Shown here in pieces: positions 9,315 to 18,227 of a stretch of 64,000 nucleotides of DNA (the first letter of the stretch is position 1; each line of letters starts with the position of its first letter). The notes beneath the pieces were generated by a model. It was not told where the DNA came from, made no database searches, and was given only the letters and a program-made list of their open reading frames with translations. Source of the DNA: Candidatus Curtissbacteria bacterium RIFCSPLOWO2_12_FULL_41_16 (GTDB lineage Bacteria; Patescibacteriota; Microgenomatia; Curtissbacterales; GWA2-41-24); NCBI GenBank assembly GCA_001776545.1, contig MFBZ01000029.1:11988-75987 (forward strand). Reading direction: 5' to 3'. The position numbers and the translations under genes are program-made.

Positions 9315-11375
9315 ATGGACGCAGATACGCCGATTTCCCAACTTCCCGGCATTGGCAAATATTATTTTTACAAACTCAAAGGACTGGAAATAAAAACCGT
9401 TGAGGATCTTATCTACCACCTCCCGTTCCGCTACGACGACTTCGCAAAAATCGAAAAGATCCAGAGTGTCACTCCCGGCCAGAAACTTTCTATCGTGGGC
9501 ATCGTCTGGCAAATCACAAATATCAGAGCAAGATCCGGAAAATTTATCACCCGTGCAACGGTAGCAGATGAGTCTGGCACAATCGAAGTTATCTGGTTTA
9601 ACCAGCCATTTTTAACCAAAAATATCAAAGCCGGTATGCAAATTTCCTTGGCGGGCAAGGCTGACTTACAAGGATCACGAGTTATTCTTGTTTCTCCAAC
9701 ATACGAAATATTAAGACGACGGCTTGGCACCCCCGGGGGGGAAAGCAATATACACCCCGGGGGGGCCTTAGTCCATACAGCCCGTCTAGTCCCTGTTTAT
9801 CCGGAAACCGAAGGCATTACTTCCAGATGGTTAAGAGCCAAAATCGCTTCAGTCTTGCCGGAATATCTCCGGTCCCAAAAGGATTTTATCCCATATGAAA
9901 TTCTCGAAAAACAAAAATTTATCAAACTTGATAAAGCTCTCCATGACATTCATTTTCCTAATAATTTTGACGAGGTGGAGAAAGCTACCAAAAGGCTTTC
10001 ATTCGATGAGCTTTTTTTAATCCAATTAACTACCATCTTAAGAAAACAAGACTGGCAAAAGAAAAGAAAGGCACCGGCAATGAAACTCGATAAAGAAAAA
10101 ATCTCGCAGTTTGTTGAAAGTCTACCCTTCAAGCTAACGGCTGCCCAAAAAAAGGCAGCTCGCCAGATTCTTTTTGATCTAAAAAAAACAACTCCCCAAA
10201 ACCGTCTCCTGGAAGGAGATGTCGGTTCAGGCAAAACCGTAGTTGCGGCAATCGCCGCCTATGTTGCTTATTTAAATGGCTTTGACACTCTACTTGCTGC
10301 TCCCACCGAAATTCTTGCCTTTCAGCACCACCAGACACTTACAGAGATTTTATCATCCTGGGCTGTTAAAATTGGAATTTGGACCGGCAGTAAAAAAAGC
10401 GCAGGCAATATCACTTGCGGTACTCATGCCCTTCTTTCAACTTTTAAGCAACAAAGACCGATCGGCTTGGTTATTGTTGACGAACAGCACCGCTTCGGAG
10501 TAGCACAACGGGCCAAACTCTTTTTAAGACACAACTTGAGGCTCACTCCGCATTTACTAACAATGACCGCGACCCCCATACCCAGAACTCTAGCTTTAAC
10601 CTTGTATGGAGATCTCGATCTTTCGATTCTTGACGAAATGCCTCAAGGTCGCCAAAAAATTGCCACTTTTGTAGTTCCTAATCTCAAAAGGAACAACGCT
10701 TATAAATTCATCGAAAAGCAAGTTTTTGAAGGCCGCCAAGCATTTATCATTACTCCATTTATCGAACCCTCAGAAACTATGATTACAGTTAAAGCGGCAA
10801 AAGTTGAATTCGGCAAACTTAAAGACAAATTTTCTAAAAATATCAGCCTCGGCCTTCTTCACGGCAGGCTCAAGTCAAAAGAAAAAGAGGAGATAATCAG
10901 TAAGTTTAGAAAAAACAAGATCCACATATTGGTAACAACTCCGGTTGTCGAAGTTGGCATCGACATTCCGAATGCTACGGTGATGATGATCGAATCAGCA
11001 GAACGCTTCGGGCTTGCCCAACTCCACCAACTTCGCGGTAGAGTTGGCAGAGGAAAACACAAGTCATACTGCCTTCTTTTCACCGATTCAAGGTCTCCTG
11101 GCTCATATAAGCGCCTCAAAAGTATGGAAAAAATTTACGTTGGCGCGGAACTAGCCGAAATAGATCTAAAGATGCGCGGCCCAGGCGAAATCTTTGGCCT
11201 CAAACAATCGGGTTTTATCAACCTTAAGATAGCCAATCTTTCGGATCATCAAATGATAGCCAGGGCTCAAGAAGAAGCCAAAAGAATCATCGAAATCGAC
11301 CCAATTCTTAAATCATTCCCGATATTAAAACAAAAAATCTCCAAACTTTCCTCCGCCTTCGCCCAACCGAATTAG
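9315..11375 (+). CDS. recG: ATP-dependent DNA helicase RecG
   Basis: The wedge region, helicase motifs (GDVGSGKT, DEQHRFG, TATPIPRTL) and a C-terminal domain are present. It carries an in-frame palindromic insert at 9728-9767. Confidence 0.9.
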   Translation: MDADTPISQLPGIGKYYFYKLKGLEIKTVEDLIYHLPFRYDDFAKIEKIQSVTPGQKLSIVGIVWQITNIRARSGKFITRATVADESGTIEVIWFNQPFLTKNIKAGMQISLAGKADLQGSRVILVSPTYEILRRRLGTPGGESNIHPGGALVHTARLVPVYPETEGITSRWLRAKIASVLPEYLRSQKDFIPYEILEKQKFIKLDKALHDIHFPNNFDEVEKATKRLSFDELFLIQLTTILRKQDWQKKRKAPAMKLDKEKISQFVESLPFKLTAAQKKAARQILFDLKKTTPQNRLLEGDVGSGKTVVAAIAAYVAYLNGFDTLLAAPTEILAFQHHQTLTEILSSWAVKIGIWTGSKKSAGNITCGTHALLSTFKQQRPIGLVIVDEQHRFGVAQRAKLFLRHNLRLTPHLLTMTATPIPRTLALTLYGDLDLSILDEMPQGRQKIATFVVPNLKRNNAYKFIEKQVFEGRQAFIITPFIEPSETMITVKAAKVEFGKLKDKFSKNISLGLLHGRLKSKEKEEIISKFRKNKIHILVTTPVVEVGIDIPNATVMMIESAERFGLAQLHQLRGRVGRGKHKSYCLLFTDSRSPGSYKRLKSMEKIYVGAELAEIDLKMRGPGEIFGLKQSGFINLKIANLSDHQMIARAQEEAKRIIEIDPILKSFPILKQKISKLSSAFAQPN
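9728..9767. repeat. GC-rich palindromic element inside the recG coding sequence (in-frame)
   Basis: cacccccgggggggaaagcaatatacaccccgggggggcc encodes GTPGGESNIHPGGA. It contains two CACCCC(C)GGGGGGG palindromes, in sharp GC contrast to the AT-rich context. Confidence 0.6.
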
Positions 11376-11429
11376 TCGGGTTGACGATTAAAAACGATGG
11401 TTATATAATCGCAAGAACGTACCAGGACA

Positions 11430-11490
11430 AGGAATCGAACCAGCCTCGGTCAGGTATCCTATCTAACCGAGCCCGGCTGTTTTGGCTCCT
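11430..11490 (-). other. tRNA T-arm-like fragment (GGTTCGATTCC on the minus strand) without an intact cloverleaf
   Basis: Plus-strand caaggaatcgaaccagcc is the reverse complement of GGCTGGTTCGATTCCTTG. By eye I could not pair a T-stem or acceptor stem around it. Confidence 0.2.
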
Positions 11491-11567
11491 TGGCCCACAA
11501 TTAGTTCATAGTTCACAGTTTATGGTTTCTAGTTTATACTAGAACTTAAGAACCTGATTTCTTTCAG

Positions 11568-11756
11568 ATGACACCGCTTCCTAAGAAAAAACATGCCAAA
11601 AAAAGAACCCGTACCCGAAAAGCGGCTATTTCTTTGCGTCTGCCACAATTGATAACCTGCCCACGATGCCAGAACCTAAGATTCCCGCATCGAGCCTGTA
11701 CTAATTGTGGATTTTATAAAAATTCAGGTGTCACAAGTCAAAGATCAGGAAACTGA
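11568..11756 (+). CDS. rpmF: Ribosomal protein L32 (zinc-ribbon form)
   Basis: MTPLPKKKHAKKRTRTRKAA...CPRCQNLRFPHRACTNCGFYK shows the L32 signature with four Cys. Confidence 0.85.
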   Translation: MTPLPKKKHAKKRTRTRKAAISLRLPQLITCPRCQNLRFPHRACTNCGFYKNSGVTSQRSGN

Positions 11757-11758
11757 CT

Positions 11759-12166
11759 ATGAAAAAGAGAAGTGATCCAAGGCATAAGATGCGCATTCTT
11801 ACTTTCAAAACCCTATTTGAGCTGAATTTTAGACCAAACGCTAAGCTTCCCGAAAGTTCCATGTCTGCCCAGGTAATTTCCAAAAAAAAAGAAATTGACG
11901 GACTTATTATTAAAAACGCCAAGAGTTGGCCGATTGATCAAATCAATCCGGTTGACCTTAGCACTTTAAGGCTAGCTATCTGGGAACTTTTATTTAAAGA
12001 AAAAAAGGAACCATACAAAGTAATCATCGACGAAGCCGTCGAAATTGCCAAAGAATATGGTACAGAAACCTCAGGCAGCTTTGTCAATGGCGTTTTGGGA
12101 TCAATAATAAAGTCAAGAGTCAAAGCCAGGAGTCATAATTACCTGGCTTTACACTTTTCACTTTGA
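11759..12166 (+). CDS. nusB: Transcription antitermination factor NusB
   Basis: The protein is NusB-like (the ORF-track protein ends ...RSHNYLALHFSL, about 135 aa). Confidence 0.8.
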   Translation: MKKRSDPRHKMRILTFKTLFELNFRPNAKLPESSMSAQVISKKKEIDGLIIKNAKSWPIDQINPVDLSTLRLAIWELLFKEKKEPYKVIIDEAVEIAKEYGTETSGSFVNGVLGSIIKSRVKARSHNYLALHFSL

Positions 12167-12298
12167 CCCTTCGATTTACTCAGGGTCATCCCTTCGGGTC
12201 TGAGCTCCTCGAGTTACTCGAATCTGAGTGACGATCTCGGAATCGAAGATCTGAGCCTCGGAGTCGAAGACCTCAGGGTTGAAGACCTTGGCGAAGGA
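12160..12298. repeat. Repeat family 2, long copy (nusB-ACP spacer)
   Basis: ccttcgatttactcagggtcatcccttcgggtctgag...ggagtcgaagacctcagggttgaagacc; its reverse complement matches 18228-18320. Confidence 0.6.
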
Positions 12299-12319
12299 TT
12301 GACCTTGACTATCAATTTT

Positions 12320-12565
12320 ATGACAGACTTTTTAGAAGACATCAAAGAACTTATTGTCAAACAATTTGCTATTCCCGCCCAGAATATAGACGAGGACTCA
12401 CATCTGGAGAAAGACCTTGGCATCGCAGACCTTGAGATGGAAGATTTCATCACAACAATTGAGAATAAATATGAAATTAAAATCCCCCAAGACAAAATCC
12501 CCCCATTTAAAAAAGTTTCGGATATAGTTTCATTCCTTTACGAAAATGTCGACATCTCAAGCTGA
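12320..12565 (+). CDS. Acyl carrier protein-like protein lacking the phosphopantetheine-attachment Ser (Asp in the DSL position)
   Basis: The four-helix ACP pattern is present and acpP-rnc synteny matches Bacillus. The motif reads DLGIADLEMEDF, whereas canonical ACP has DLGADSLDTVEL. The start was taken at the internal Met (MTDFLEDIK). Confidence 0.65.
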   Translation: MTDFLEDIKELIVKQFAIPAQNIDEDSHLEKDLGIADLEMEDFITTIENKYEIKIPQDKIPPFKKVSDIVSFLYENVDISS

Positions 12566-13280
12566 TATCACCAATATTCAAGAACTCATAAATTTAAATT
12601 TCAGAAACGAAAAACTCTTAAAAAATGCCTTTATCCACCGATCTTATTTAAATGAGCATAAGGAGTTTAAAGGCGCCAGCAATGAACGTCTCGAATTTTT
12701 GGGAGATGCTGTTCTTTCGCTTGCCGTTTCCAAGTTCCTCTATGAAAAGTTCCAAAAAAGTCCGGAGGGTCAACTGACTCAACAAAGAAGCGCCCTGGTC
12801 AGAACCGAGACTTTGGCTAAAGTGGCCCGCACGCTCTCTCTGGGCAAATATTTATACCTTTCCAGGGGCGAGGAAGAATCTGGAGGCAGAAATAACCGCT
12901 CAATTCTGGCAAACACTTTTGAAGCGTTAGTCGGTGCAATTTATCTGGATCTTGGATTTGACCAAGCTCAAAATTTTCTAGAGCAGACAATTTTAAAAAA
13001 ATGGAGAATTTTGGCAAAAACCGCAGTTGTTGACAACAAATCAAAACTTCAGGAAATAGTTCAGCGAAAATATCACGAGTCTCCAACTTATAAACTAATT
13101 AAAAGTTGGGGTCCCGATCATGCCCGGCAATTTCAAGTAGGCGTCCTTCTGGAAAATTCTCTCCTGGGACTGGGAGAGGGACCAAATAAGCAAATAGCGG
13201 CTCAGAATGCTGCCAGAAACGCCATCGCCAAAATAAAAACTACTGATAGGCTTGAACTTCCTACTCAAAGTCTGAGATAA
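12546..13280 (+). CDS. rnc: Ribonuclease III
   Basis: The RNase III signature ERLEFLGDAVL and a C-terminal dsRBD are present. Confidence 0.9.
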   Translation: MSTSQADITNIQELINLNFRNEKLLKNAFIHRSYLNEHKEFKGASNERLEFLGDAVLSLAVSKFLYEKFQKSPEGQLTQQRSALVRTETLAKVARTLSLGKYLYLSRGEEESGGRNNRSILANTFEALVGAIYLDLGFDQAQNFLEQTILKKWRILAKTAVVDNKSKLQEIVQRKYHESPTYKLIKSWGPDHARQFQVGVLLENSLLGLGEGPNKQIAAQNAARNAIAKIKTTDRLELPTQSLR

Positions 13281-13317
13281 TTGCCAAAGTGAAATTTGAA
13301 ATTTAAAATTGAAGGAA

Positions 13318-13575
13318 ATGTCAGTCAAAATTAGACTTAGCAAAACCGGCAAGAAACACCAAATCTCTTTCCGCATCGCGGCCTTCGACACCAAAAGGAA
13401 AAGAGACGGCAAATTTTTGGAAATTTTAGGATATTATTATCCACATGGAAAAACACCGCTGCTAAAAATAAGTCAAGAACGATTTAATTTCTGGCTTTCA
13501 CACGGTGCCAAACCAACTGAGGCAGTAACCAAGCTTTTAAATCAGACGCAAAACGACAAACGACTAAAGCAATAA
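13318..13575 (+). CDS. rpsP: Ribosomal protein S16
   Basis: MSVKIRLSKTGKKHQISFRIAAFDTKRKRDGKFLEILGYYYPH matches S16. Confidence 0.85.
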   Translation: MSVKIRLSKTGKKHQISFRIAAFDTKRKRDGKFLEILGYYYPHGKTPLLKISQERFNFWLSHGAKPTEAVTKLLNQTQNDKRLKQ

Positions 13576-13597
13576 ATTAATCTTTAGACAAATTACC

Positions 13598-13831
13598 ATG
13601 GAAGATCTCATAAAAACCCTCATCGAACCGTTGGTCACCGACATTAAGAAAGTCAAGATCGAAAAAGCCCAAGAAGCTGAAAGCATCAGGTTCACCGTCT
13701 TTATCCCTAAAGAGGATATCGCCAAGGTTATCGGCAAAGAAGGCAAAATGATCAAATCTATAAAAAATCTCCTCAAAATTCGGGCCATCAAAGAAAACAT
13801 TTTTGCTACCTTAGAGGTACAGGAAATCTAA
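13598..13831 (+). CDS. KH-domain RNA-binding protein (UPF0109/YlqC-like)
   Basis: The KH GXXG motif reads VIGKEGKMIKSIKNL, and the gene lies between rpsP and trmD as in many bacteria. Confidence 0.7.
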   Translation: MEDLIKTLIEPLVTDIKKVKIEKAQEAESIRFTVFIPKEDIAKVIGKEGKMIKSIKNLLKIRAIKENIFATLEVQEI

Positions 13832-13853
13832 TTCGGGTGGTACTTTCGATAAT

Positions 13854-14525
13854 ATGATCTTCCATGTCCTCACTTTATTCCCCGAAATTTTTGAGGGAGT
13901 TTTTAGCTCAAGCATCCTCAAAAGAGCAATCCAGAAAAACCTTCTTAAAATTAACATTATTAATATCCGTGATTTCGCCCAAAATTCCCATAAAACAGTT
14001 GACGATAAGCCGTATGGAGGGGGCAGGGGAATGATTTTAAAAGTTGATGTAGTAGAAAGGGCCCTCGAGTCAATATCTGCCAGCGCCGAGCACACCATTC
14101 TTCTTGCTCCGTCCGGTAAAAAATATGACCAGAAAAAGGCCTCCGAGCTCTCCGCAAAAAACTCAGTAGCACTGACTTGCGGCCACTATGAAGGCGTAGA
14201 CGCCCGTGTAGAACATTTTGTAGATGAAGTGATCTCGCTCGGCGACTTTGTTTTAACTGGAGGAGAAATTGCTGCCATGGCCATTATTGACTCAGTCGCT
14301 CGCCTCGTCCACGGAGTAATTAAAAAGGAGTCATTACTTTCCGAATCTTTCTCACCAGCTACCAGTTTATTAGAATATCCTCACTTCACACGCCCCGAAG
14401 AATTTAGAGGCCTAAAAGTGCCTAAAGTTCTTTTATCTGGTAATCATGCCAAAATCGCCAAATGGCGCCAAGAACAAGCCATCAAAAGAACCCAAAAATT
14501 AAGACCGGACCTCATATTGAAATAG
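13854..14525 (+). CDS. trmD: tRNA (guanine37-N1)-methyltransferase
   Basis: MIFHVLTLFPEIF and the SPOUT knot motifs are present, and the gene sits in rpsP-trmD context. Confidence 0.9.
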   Translation: MIFHVLTLFPEIFEGVFSSSILKRAIQKNLLKINIINIRDFAQNSHKTVDDKPYGGGRGMILKVDVVERALESISASAEHTILLAPSGKKYDQKKASELSAKNSVALTCGHYEGVDARVEHFVDEVISLGDFVLTGGEIAAMAIIDSVARLVHGVIKKESLLSESFSPATSLLEYPHFTRPEEFRGLKVPKVLLSGNHAKIAKWRQEQAIKRTQKLRPDLILK

Positions 14526-14558
14526 GAAATAGAACTAAGGTAGCGTTTCTCGACCTTT

Positions 14559-15371
14559 TTAGAATGGAGCAAAAAGGTCTAACCTGCCAAGCGGTACCAC
14601 CGGAACTGCAGCTGAAGGAACACCGACACTTTCTTCCGTAGTTTTAATCTGCCTTAAAGTCTCTGTTTCCTGGGGAGTCAACTCGCTAATTGGCGACTCG
14701 ATTGAAGCAAGCTCTTTGGGCAAAGGTTGCCAGTAAGCATCGATCGTCAGTGAAATCCTCAGTTGTGATGACTGTCCGCTGGAACTGGAGGAAGAAACTG
14801 CCAAATCTCGAATAGCCACAACGCGGGGGAGTGAAAGAAGAAGATTTATAAATTGCAAATAAGATTTATAATCACCCGCCAGAGAAATCTTAATCTGAAT
14901 CTTAGGAATCCCAGCATCAAAAGAAGAGCCTCCGCCCGGCTGTTGGCTGACGGGCGCACTCGTCCCTTTCGTAGCAATGTTTGCCTGACCTTCACCTATT
15001 GTCCCGGGAGCCGTCTCTAGTCTTGAAAGCAGCACTCCGGACGAACGGGCGGCATTTTCAACTTGGGTCACTAAAGAAAAAACCTCTTTGTCGCTAGGCA
15101 AAAGACTCTCGGCACCCGATAGTTTCATTTCAAGATCCTCTTTATTCAAATTAGCCAAATCCTGCGCCTTTTGATTAAGGCTTGCGGCACGAGTCGCCAA
15201 TTCACGGTTTACTTCCCGCAGATTCAATACCTGGGTAAATTTAGGCCAGGCTATGAGAAAAAAGATAACCAGAGAAATACCGATTGCCCCGGCCGGTGCG
15301 ACAAAATTCGCCATTCGCAAAAAACCCCCGCCGATTCCGATCTTAGGTATGGACAAAGTAGGCAAATTCAT
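14559..15371 (-). CDS. pilO: Type IV pilus assembly protein PilO-like
   Basis: An N-terminal TM helix and coiled-coil are followed by a periplasmic domain, and the gene sits downstream of pilM-pilN in one operon. Confidence 0.55.
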   Translation of the reverse strand: MNLPTLSIPKIGIGGGFLRMANFVAPAGAIGISLVIFFLIAWPKFTQVLNLREVNRELATRAASLNQKAQDLANLNKEDLEMKLSGAESLLPSDKEVFSLVTQVENAARSSGVLLSRLETAPGTIGEGQANIATKGTSAPVSQQPGGGSSFDAGIPKIQIKISLAGDYKSYLQFINLLLSLPRVVAIRDLAVSSSSSSGQSSQLRISLTIDAYWQPLPKELASIESPISELTPQETETLRQIKTTEESVGVPSAAVPVVPLGRLDLFAPF

Positions 15372-15910
15372 TTTGTGACTGCCAGTTGACCTGAGATAGC
15401 AAAAGAAAAAACTCCGTTTTCATCAGAATTTAGAGAATCAATATTAACACTAGAAATAATCTGGGACCCGGAAGCCGAAGTCAGTGAAGAAACCAAACCT
15501 GCCATTTCCGCGGAAGTTTTTGCCTTACCGGAAATTATCACTTTATCCGAAGTAAATCTCATGTCTGTAAAATATACCCCTGCCGGAACAAGACCGGACA
15601 ACTGTCCAAAAATGTTTGCGAAATTAACCCTGGCTGTTAAAATCTTGTATCCTGCGGAAACTTTCCCCTTGATAACAACAATTAACTCCTCTGTTGCTTT
15701 CAATGAATTTATCTCATTGGAAGACGCCTCTATTTTAGTAATCAGATTCGACCTTTGAGAAGCGAACGAAGTAAAAAGGCCTAAAGTTATCAAAGTAAAA
15801 ACGGCTGTGAAAACCAAGAGAACTATAGAAACTATAGTCAGTCGTTTGCGCAAGACTTCCAGATTCTCCGCTTCCTTTTCCGCGACTGGTAATAAATTTA
15901 TGTCAGCCAT
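15368..15910 (-). CDS. pilN: Type IV pilus assembly protein PilN
   Basis: The N-terminal INLLP motif and a single TM helix are present. It overlaps pilO by 4 nt. Confidence 0.7.
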   Translation of the reverse strand: MADINLLPVAEKEAENLEVLRKRLTIVSIVLLVFTAVFTLITLGLFTSFASQRSNLITKIEASSNEINSLKATEELIVVIKGKVSAGYKILTARVNFANIFGQLSGLVPAGVYFTDMRFTSDKVIISGKAKTSAEMAGLVSSLTSASGSQIISSVNIDSLNSDENGVFSFAISGQLAVTK

Positions 15911-15978
15911 ATGAATATAAGGTCAAACTTCACACTTTTCACTTTGAGTTTGACTATCTAAACTCAGCGTATCAGACT

Positions 15979-16998
15979 TTACGACCTGAGAGCAAGGCCG
16001 GTTGCCACGGCATAGACGCTACCTTGCCCGGGAACTTTTAAAATTAAACCTTCTTTTGAAAAATCAGCCCAAGGATCACCCATGTTAACTTCAATGCTGG
16101 TTCGCTCTGCCAGAAATTCTGAGAACCCGGGCAAATATGCACCGCCGCCGCAAACAACAATGCGTGCAACTTGCGATTTTTGAAAGTAAGTATGAGTAAA
16201 TTCAATAGCTTTCAAAATCTCAGAAATTAAAATATCCATAATTGGTTTAAGTACCGCGGCCACTTTACCGGAAAGCTTGTCCTCCAAAATCCCGTAAGTT
16301 TGCTTATATTCCTCTGCCTGTTTTACCGGCAAGTTAAACTCAGCCATTATTGACTTCGTTAAGCTTAATCCGCCTGTAGCTATCGATCTTGTAAAAAGAA
16401 CGTTGCCGTCGCTGGCGACCACAAGCTCAGTCGAAACCGCCCCCATCGAAACAATGATGGTTGCCGGATCGCCGGGCCGGGTTAAGGCTCGGGTCAAAGC
16501 AGCTGATTCTGTTTCTAAGGCTTGTGGCCTAAGTTTTGCATTCCTCACAACATTTAAATATTTCTCTATAACTCTTTTGGGGACTGCTACCAAAAGGACA
16601 TTCAATTTACCTCCGGCAGACCCCTCCGGCCGTGAAACTATTTTGTATTGCAAATTCACATCGGTTATCGGCAGCGGAATATACTGCTCAGCTTCCCAGT
16701 GGATGGCGGCAAATAGCTCTTTATCTGTCAAATTAGGCAGCTCAATCAGTCTGGAAACTACTTGCGACTCAATTAAAGAAACTGCGCATTTATCAAGATT
16801 TATTTTTGCACGATCTAAACAATCAATAATCGCATCGGAAATCTTTGCCAAATCAACGGGGGACTCCGATTGAATCCCCCCTATGGGTGTCGGGACGGCC
16901 GCACAATTAGTCAGTATCTTTTTGCCGCGAGAAACATCTGTCTGGACGACTTTAATAAAAGATCTTCCAATATCAAGACCAAACAAATTAGAAGCCAT
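15979..16998 (-). CDS. pilM: Type IV pilus assembly protein PilM (actin-like ATPase fold)
   Basis: MASNLFGLDIGRSFIKVV and the FtsA/PilM fold motifs are present. Confidence 0.8.
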   Translation of the reverse strand: MASNLFGLDIGRSFIKVVQTDVSRGKKILTNCAAVPTPIGGIQSESPVDLAKISDAIIDCLDRAKINLDKCAVSLIESQVVSRLIELPNLTDKELFAAIHWEAEQYIPLPITDVNLQYKIVSRPEGSAGGKLNVLLVAVPKRVIEKYLNVVRNAKLRPQALETESAALTRALTRPGDPATIIVSMGAVSTELVVASDGNVLFTRSIATGGLSLTKSIMAEFNLPVKQAEEYKQTYGILEDKLSGKVAAVLKPIMDILISEILKAIEFTHTYFQKSQVARIVVCGGGAYLPGFSEFLAERTSIEVNMGDPWADFSKEGLILKVPGQGSVYAVATGLALRS

Positions 16999-17092
16999 AA
17001 ATCCTTTTAAAACAATCTAAAAATTTATGCCTGGAATTTACATCAGAGGAGCGCCATTGGCATGAACGAAGTATGCCAAGGCGACCTGCTGA

Positions 17093-17135
17093 TATAAAAG
17101 ATCTTCCAATATCAAGACCAAAAATTTGGGCAGCC
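17093..17135 (-). repeat. Direct duplication of the pilM start region (43 nt), forming a 50-codon uORF that ends overlapping the pilM ATG
   Basis: Plus-strand gatataaaagatcttccaatatcaagaccaaaaatttgggcagccat repeats ataaaagatcttccaatatcaagaccaaacaaattagaagccat at the pilM start. The uORF would begin MAAQIFGLDIGRSF. Confidence 0.55.
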
Positions 17136-17145
17136 ATAATTAAAT

Positions 17146-17394
17146 TTATTGTGGTGTAGCCGAAGGACTCGCTTGGAAAGCGGAACCACTCGCTTGATTC
17201 ACATTCGGAGAAATGCTGGCAACTGGTTTCTTTTTAACTGCTTCCTGGACTGCTTTAGTATCAAGTGATCTGGAATTTTGCGAAGCCCCTGATGGTTCTT
17301 TTGTACTGACAGTTAAAACTTTAAGCAAGATAGCCGGGATAATAATTGCCGAAAGTCCTATTATCGAAAGAATTAACTTTGTACGTTTACTCAT
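17146..17394 (-). CDS. Small single-pass membrane protein, hypothetical (pilus operon member)
   Basis: It has an N-terminal TM helix (LILSIIGLSAIIIPAILL) and a low-complexity S/A/Q-rich tail. It sits in operon position upstream of pilM. Confidence 0.4.
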   Translation of the reverse strand: MSKRTKLILSIIGLSAIIIPAILLKVLTVSTKEPSGASQNSRSLDTKAVQEAVKKKPVASISPNVNQASGSAFQASPSATPQ

Positions 17395-17414
17395 AATTTA
17401 CTTTACACTTTGAC

Positions 17415-18191
17415 TTACTTTTCGATTCCCTGCTCGGAAAACAAAACATAGTCAAAAACGGCGGGCAAAGCAGGCAGTGCGGTCCGTGTTATTTGAACCT
17501 TTCTGGTTACCCCAAGCGGCGTTGTCGCTGTCGATGTCACGTCATAAGTCTGCACAGGCAAGGTACCGTCCACGCTGGTCACCTGAACTGTCGCTTTCGT
17601 CCAAAACGGCCTGATTCTTAAAAACAATGCACCTGCCTGTCTTGTAATAGTAGCTTGACATAAAAAGGCTCCCGATCCGGTACAACTTCCGGCTGTGAAA
17701 CCGGTTTCATCTCTGCCGGAAACTCCCGCGGAAAAGGCAGATCTTACCTGATTGTAATTAGGGGAAGTTCCATAAACTTGGGTTACCTCAATTGAGGCCG
17801 GGTTGGGATCCTCAAGAACATCACCTTTCTTCCCCCATTCTATTCTAATCTGGGTTCCGGGAGTACATGGTGAAACACAGGTAAGATCGACTTGGCCGAC
17901 GGTTCCTTCTTCAATTGTCGCCTTATATGTATTATTTGCGGCTACATTAACAGTAGCAGTAATATCACCGACTGGAACTGAAATATTTGTACCTACAGGA
18001 ACAGTCGAAAGTCGTGACAAGACATTCTCAATACCGCCTTCCGCAGCCGAAAATGCCCTTTGAGATTGTTCTGTCTGGACGGAAGTCCTCAAATTCGTAA
18101 TATTCCTGGAGGCAACAGAAAGCCCCACCGCCAAAGCAACCACAACAACCAGAAGAACCAGCACTAAAATCTGTCCACGTTTCCTTTTCAT
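17415..18191 (-). CDS. PilX-like minor pilin (PilX N-terminal domain)
   Basis: MKRKRGQILVLVLLVVVVALAVGLSVASRN...QRAFSAAEGG resembles the PilX_N pattern. Confidence 0.55.
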   Translation of the reverse strand: MKRKRGQILVLVLLVVVVALAVGLSVASRNITNLRTSVQTEQSQRAFSAAEGGIENVLSRLSTVPVGTNISVPVGDITATVNVAANNTYKATIEEGTVGQVDLTCVSPCTPGTQIRIEWGKKGDVLEDPNPASIEVTQVYGTSPNYNQVRSAFSAGVSGRDETGFTAGSCTGSGAFLCQATITRQAGALFLRIRPFWTKATVQVTSVDGTLPVQTYDVTSTATTPLGVTRKVQITRTALPALPAVFDYVLFSEQGIEK

Positions 18192-18227
18192 TCCTAACTC
18201 CAGTTTAGGTTTGTCAATTGTCAGATG

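Noticed and set aside
11430-11490. Intact tRNA gene on the minus strand
   Set aside because: A T-loop consensus is present, but T-stem and acceptor-stem pairing fail (2 of 5 and 5 of 7 pairs) and no D-arm or anticodon arm could be formed. It is kept only as a remnant.
12214-12495. 93-aa minus-strand ORF
   Set aside because: It lies antisense over repeat family 2 and the ACP-like gene. The peptide is low-complexity S/R/P-rich, generated by the repeats, and has no operon partner.
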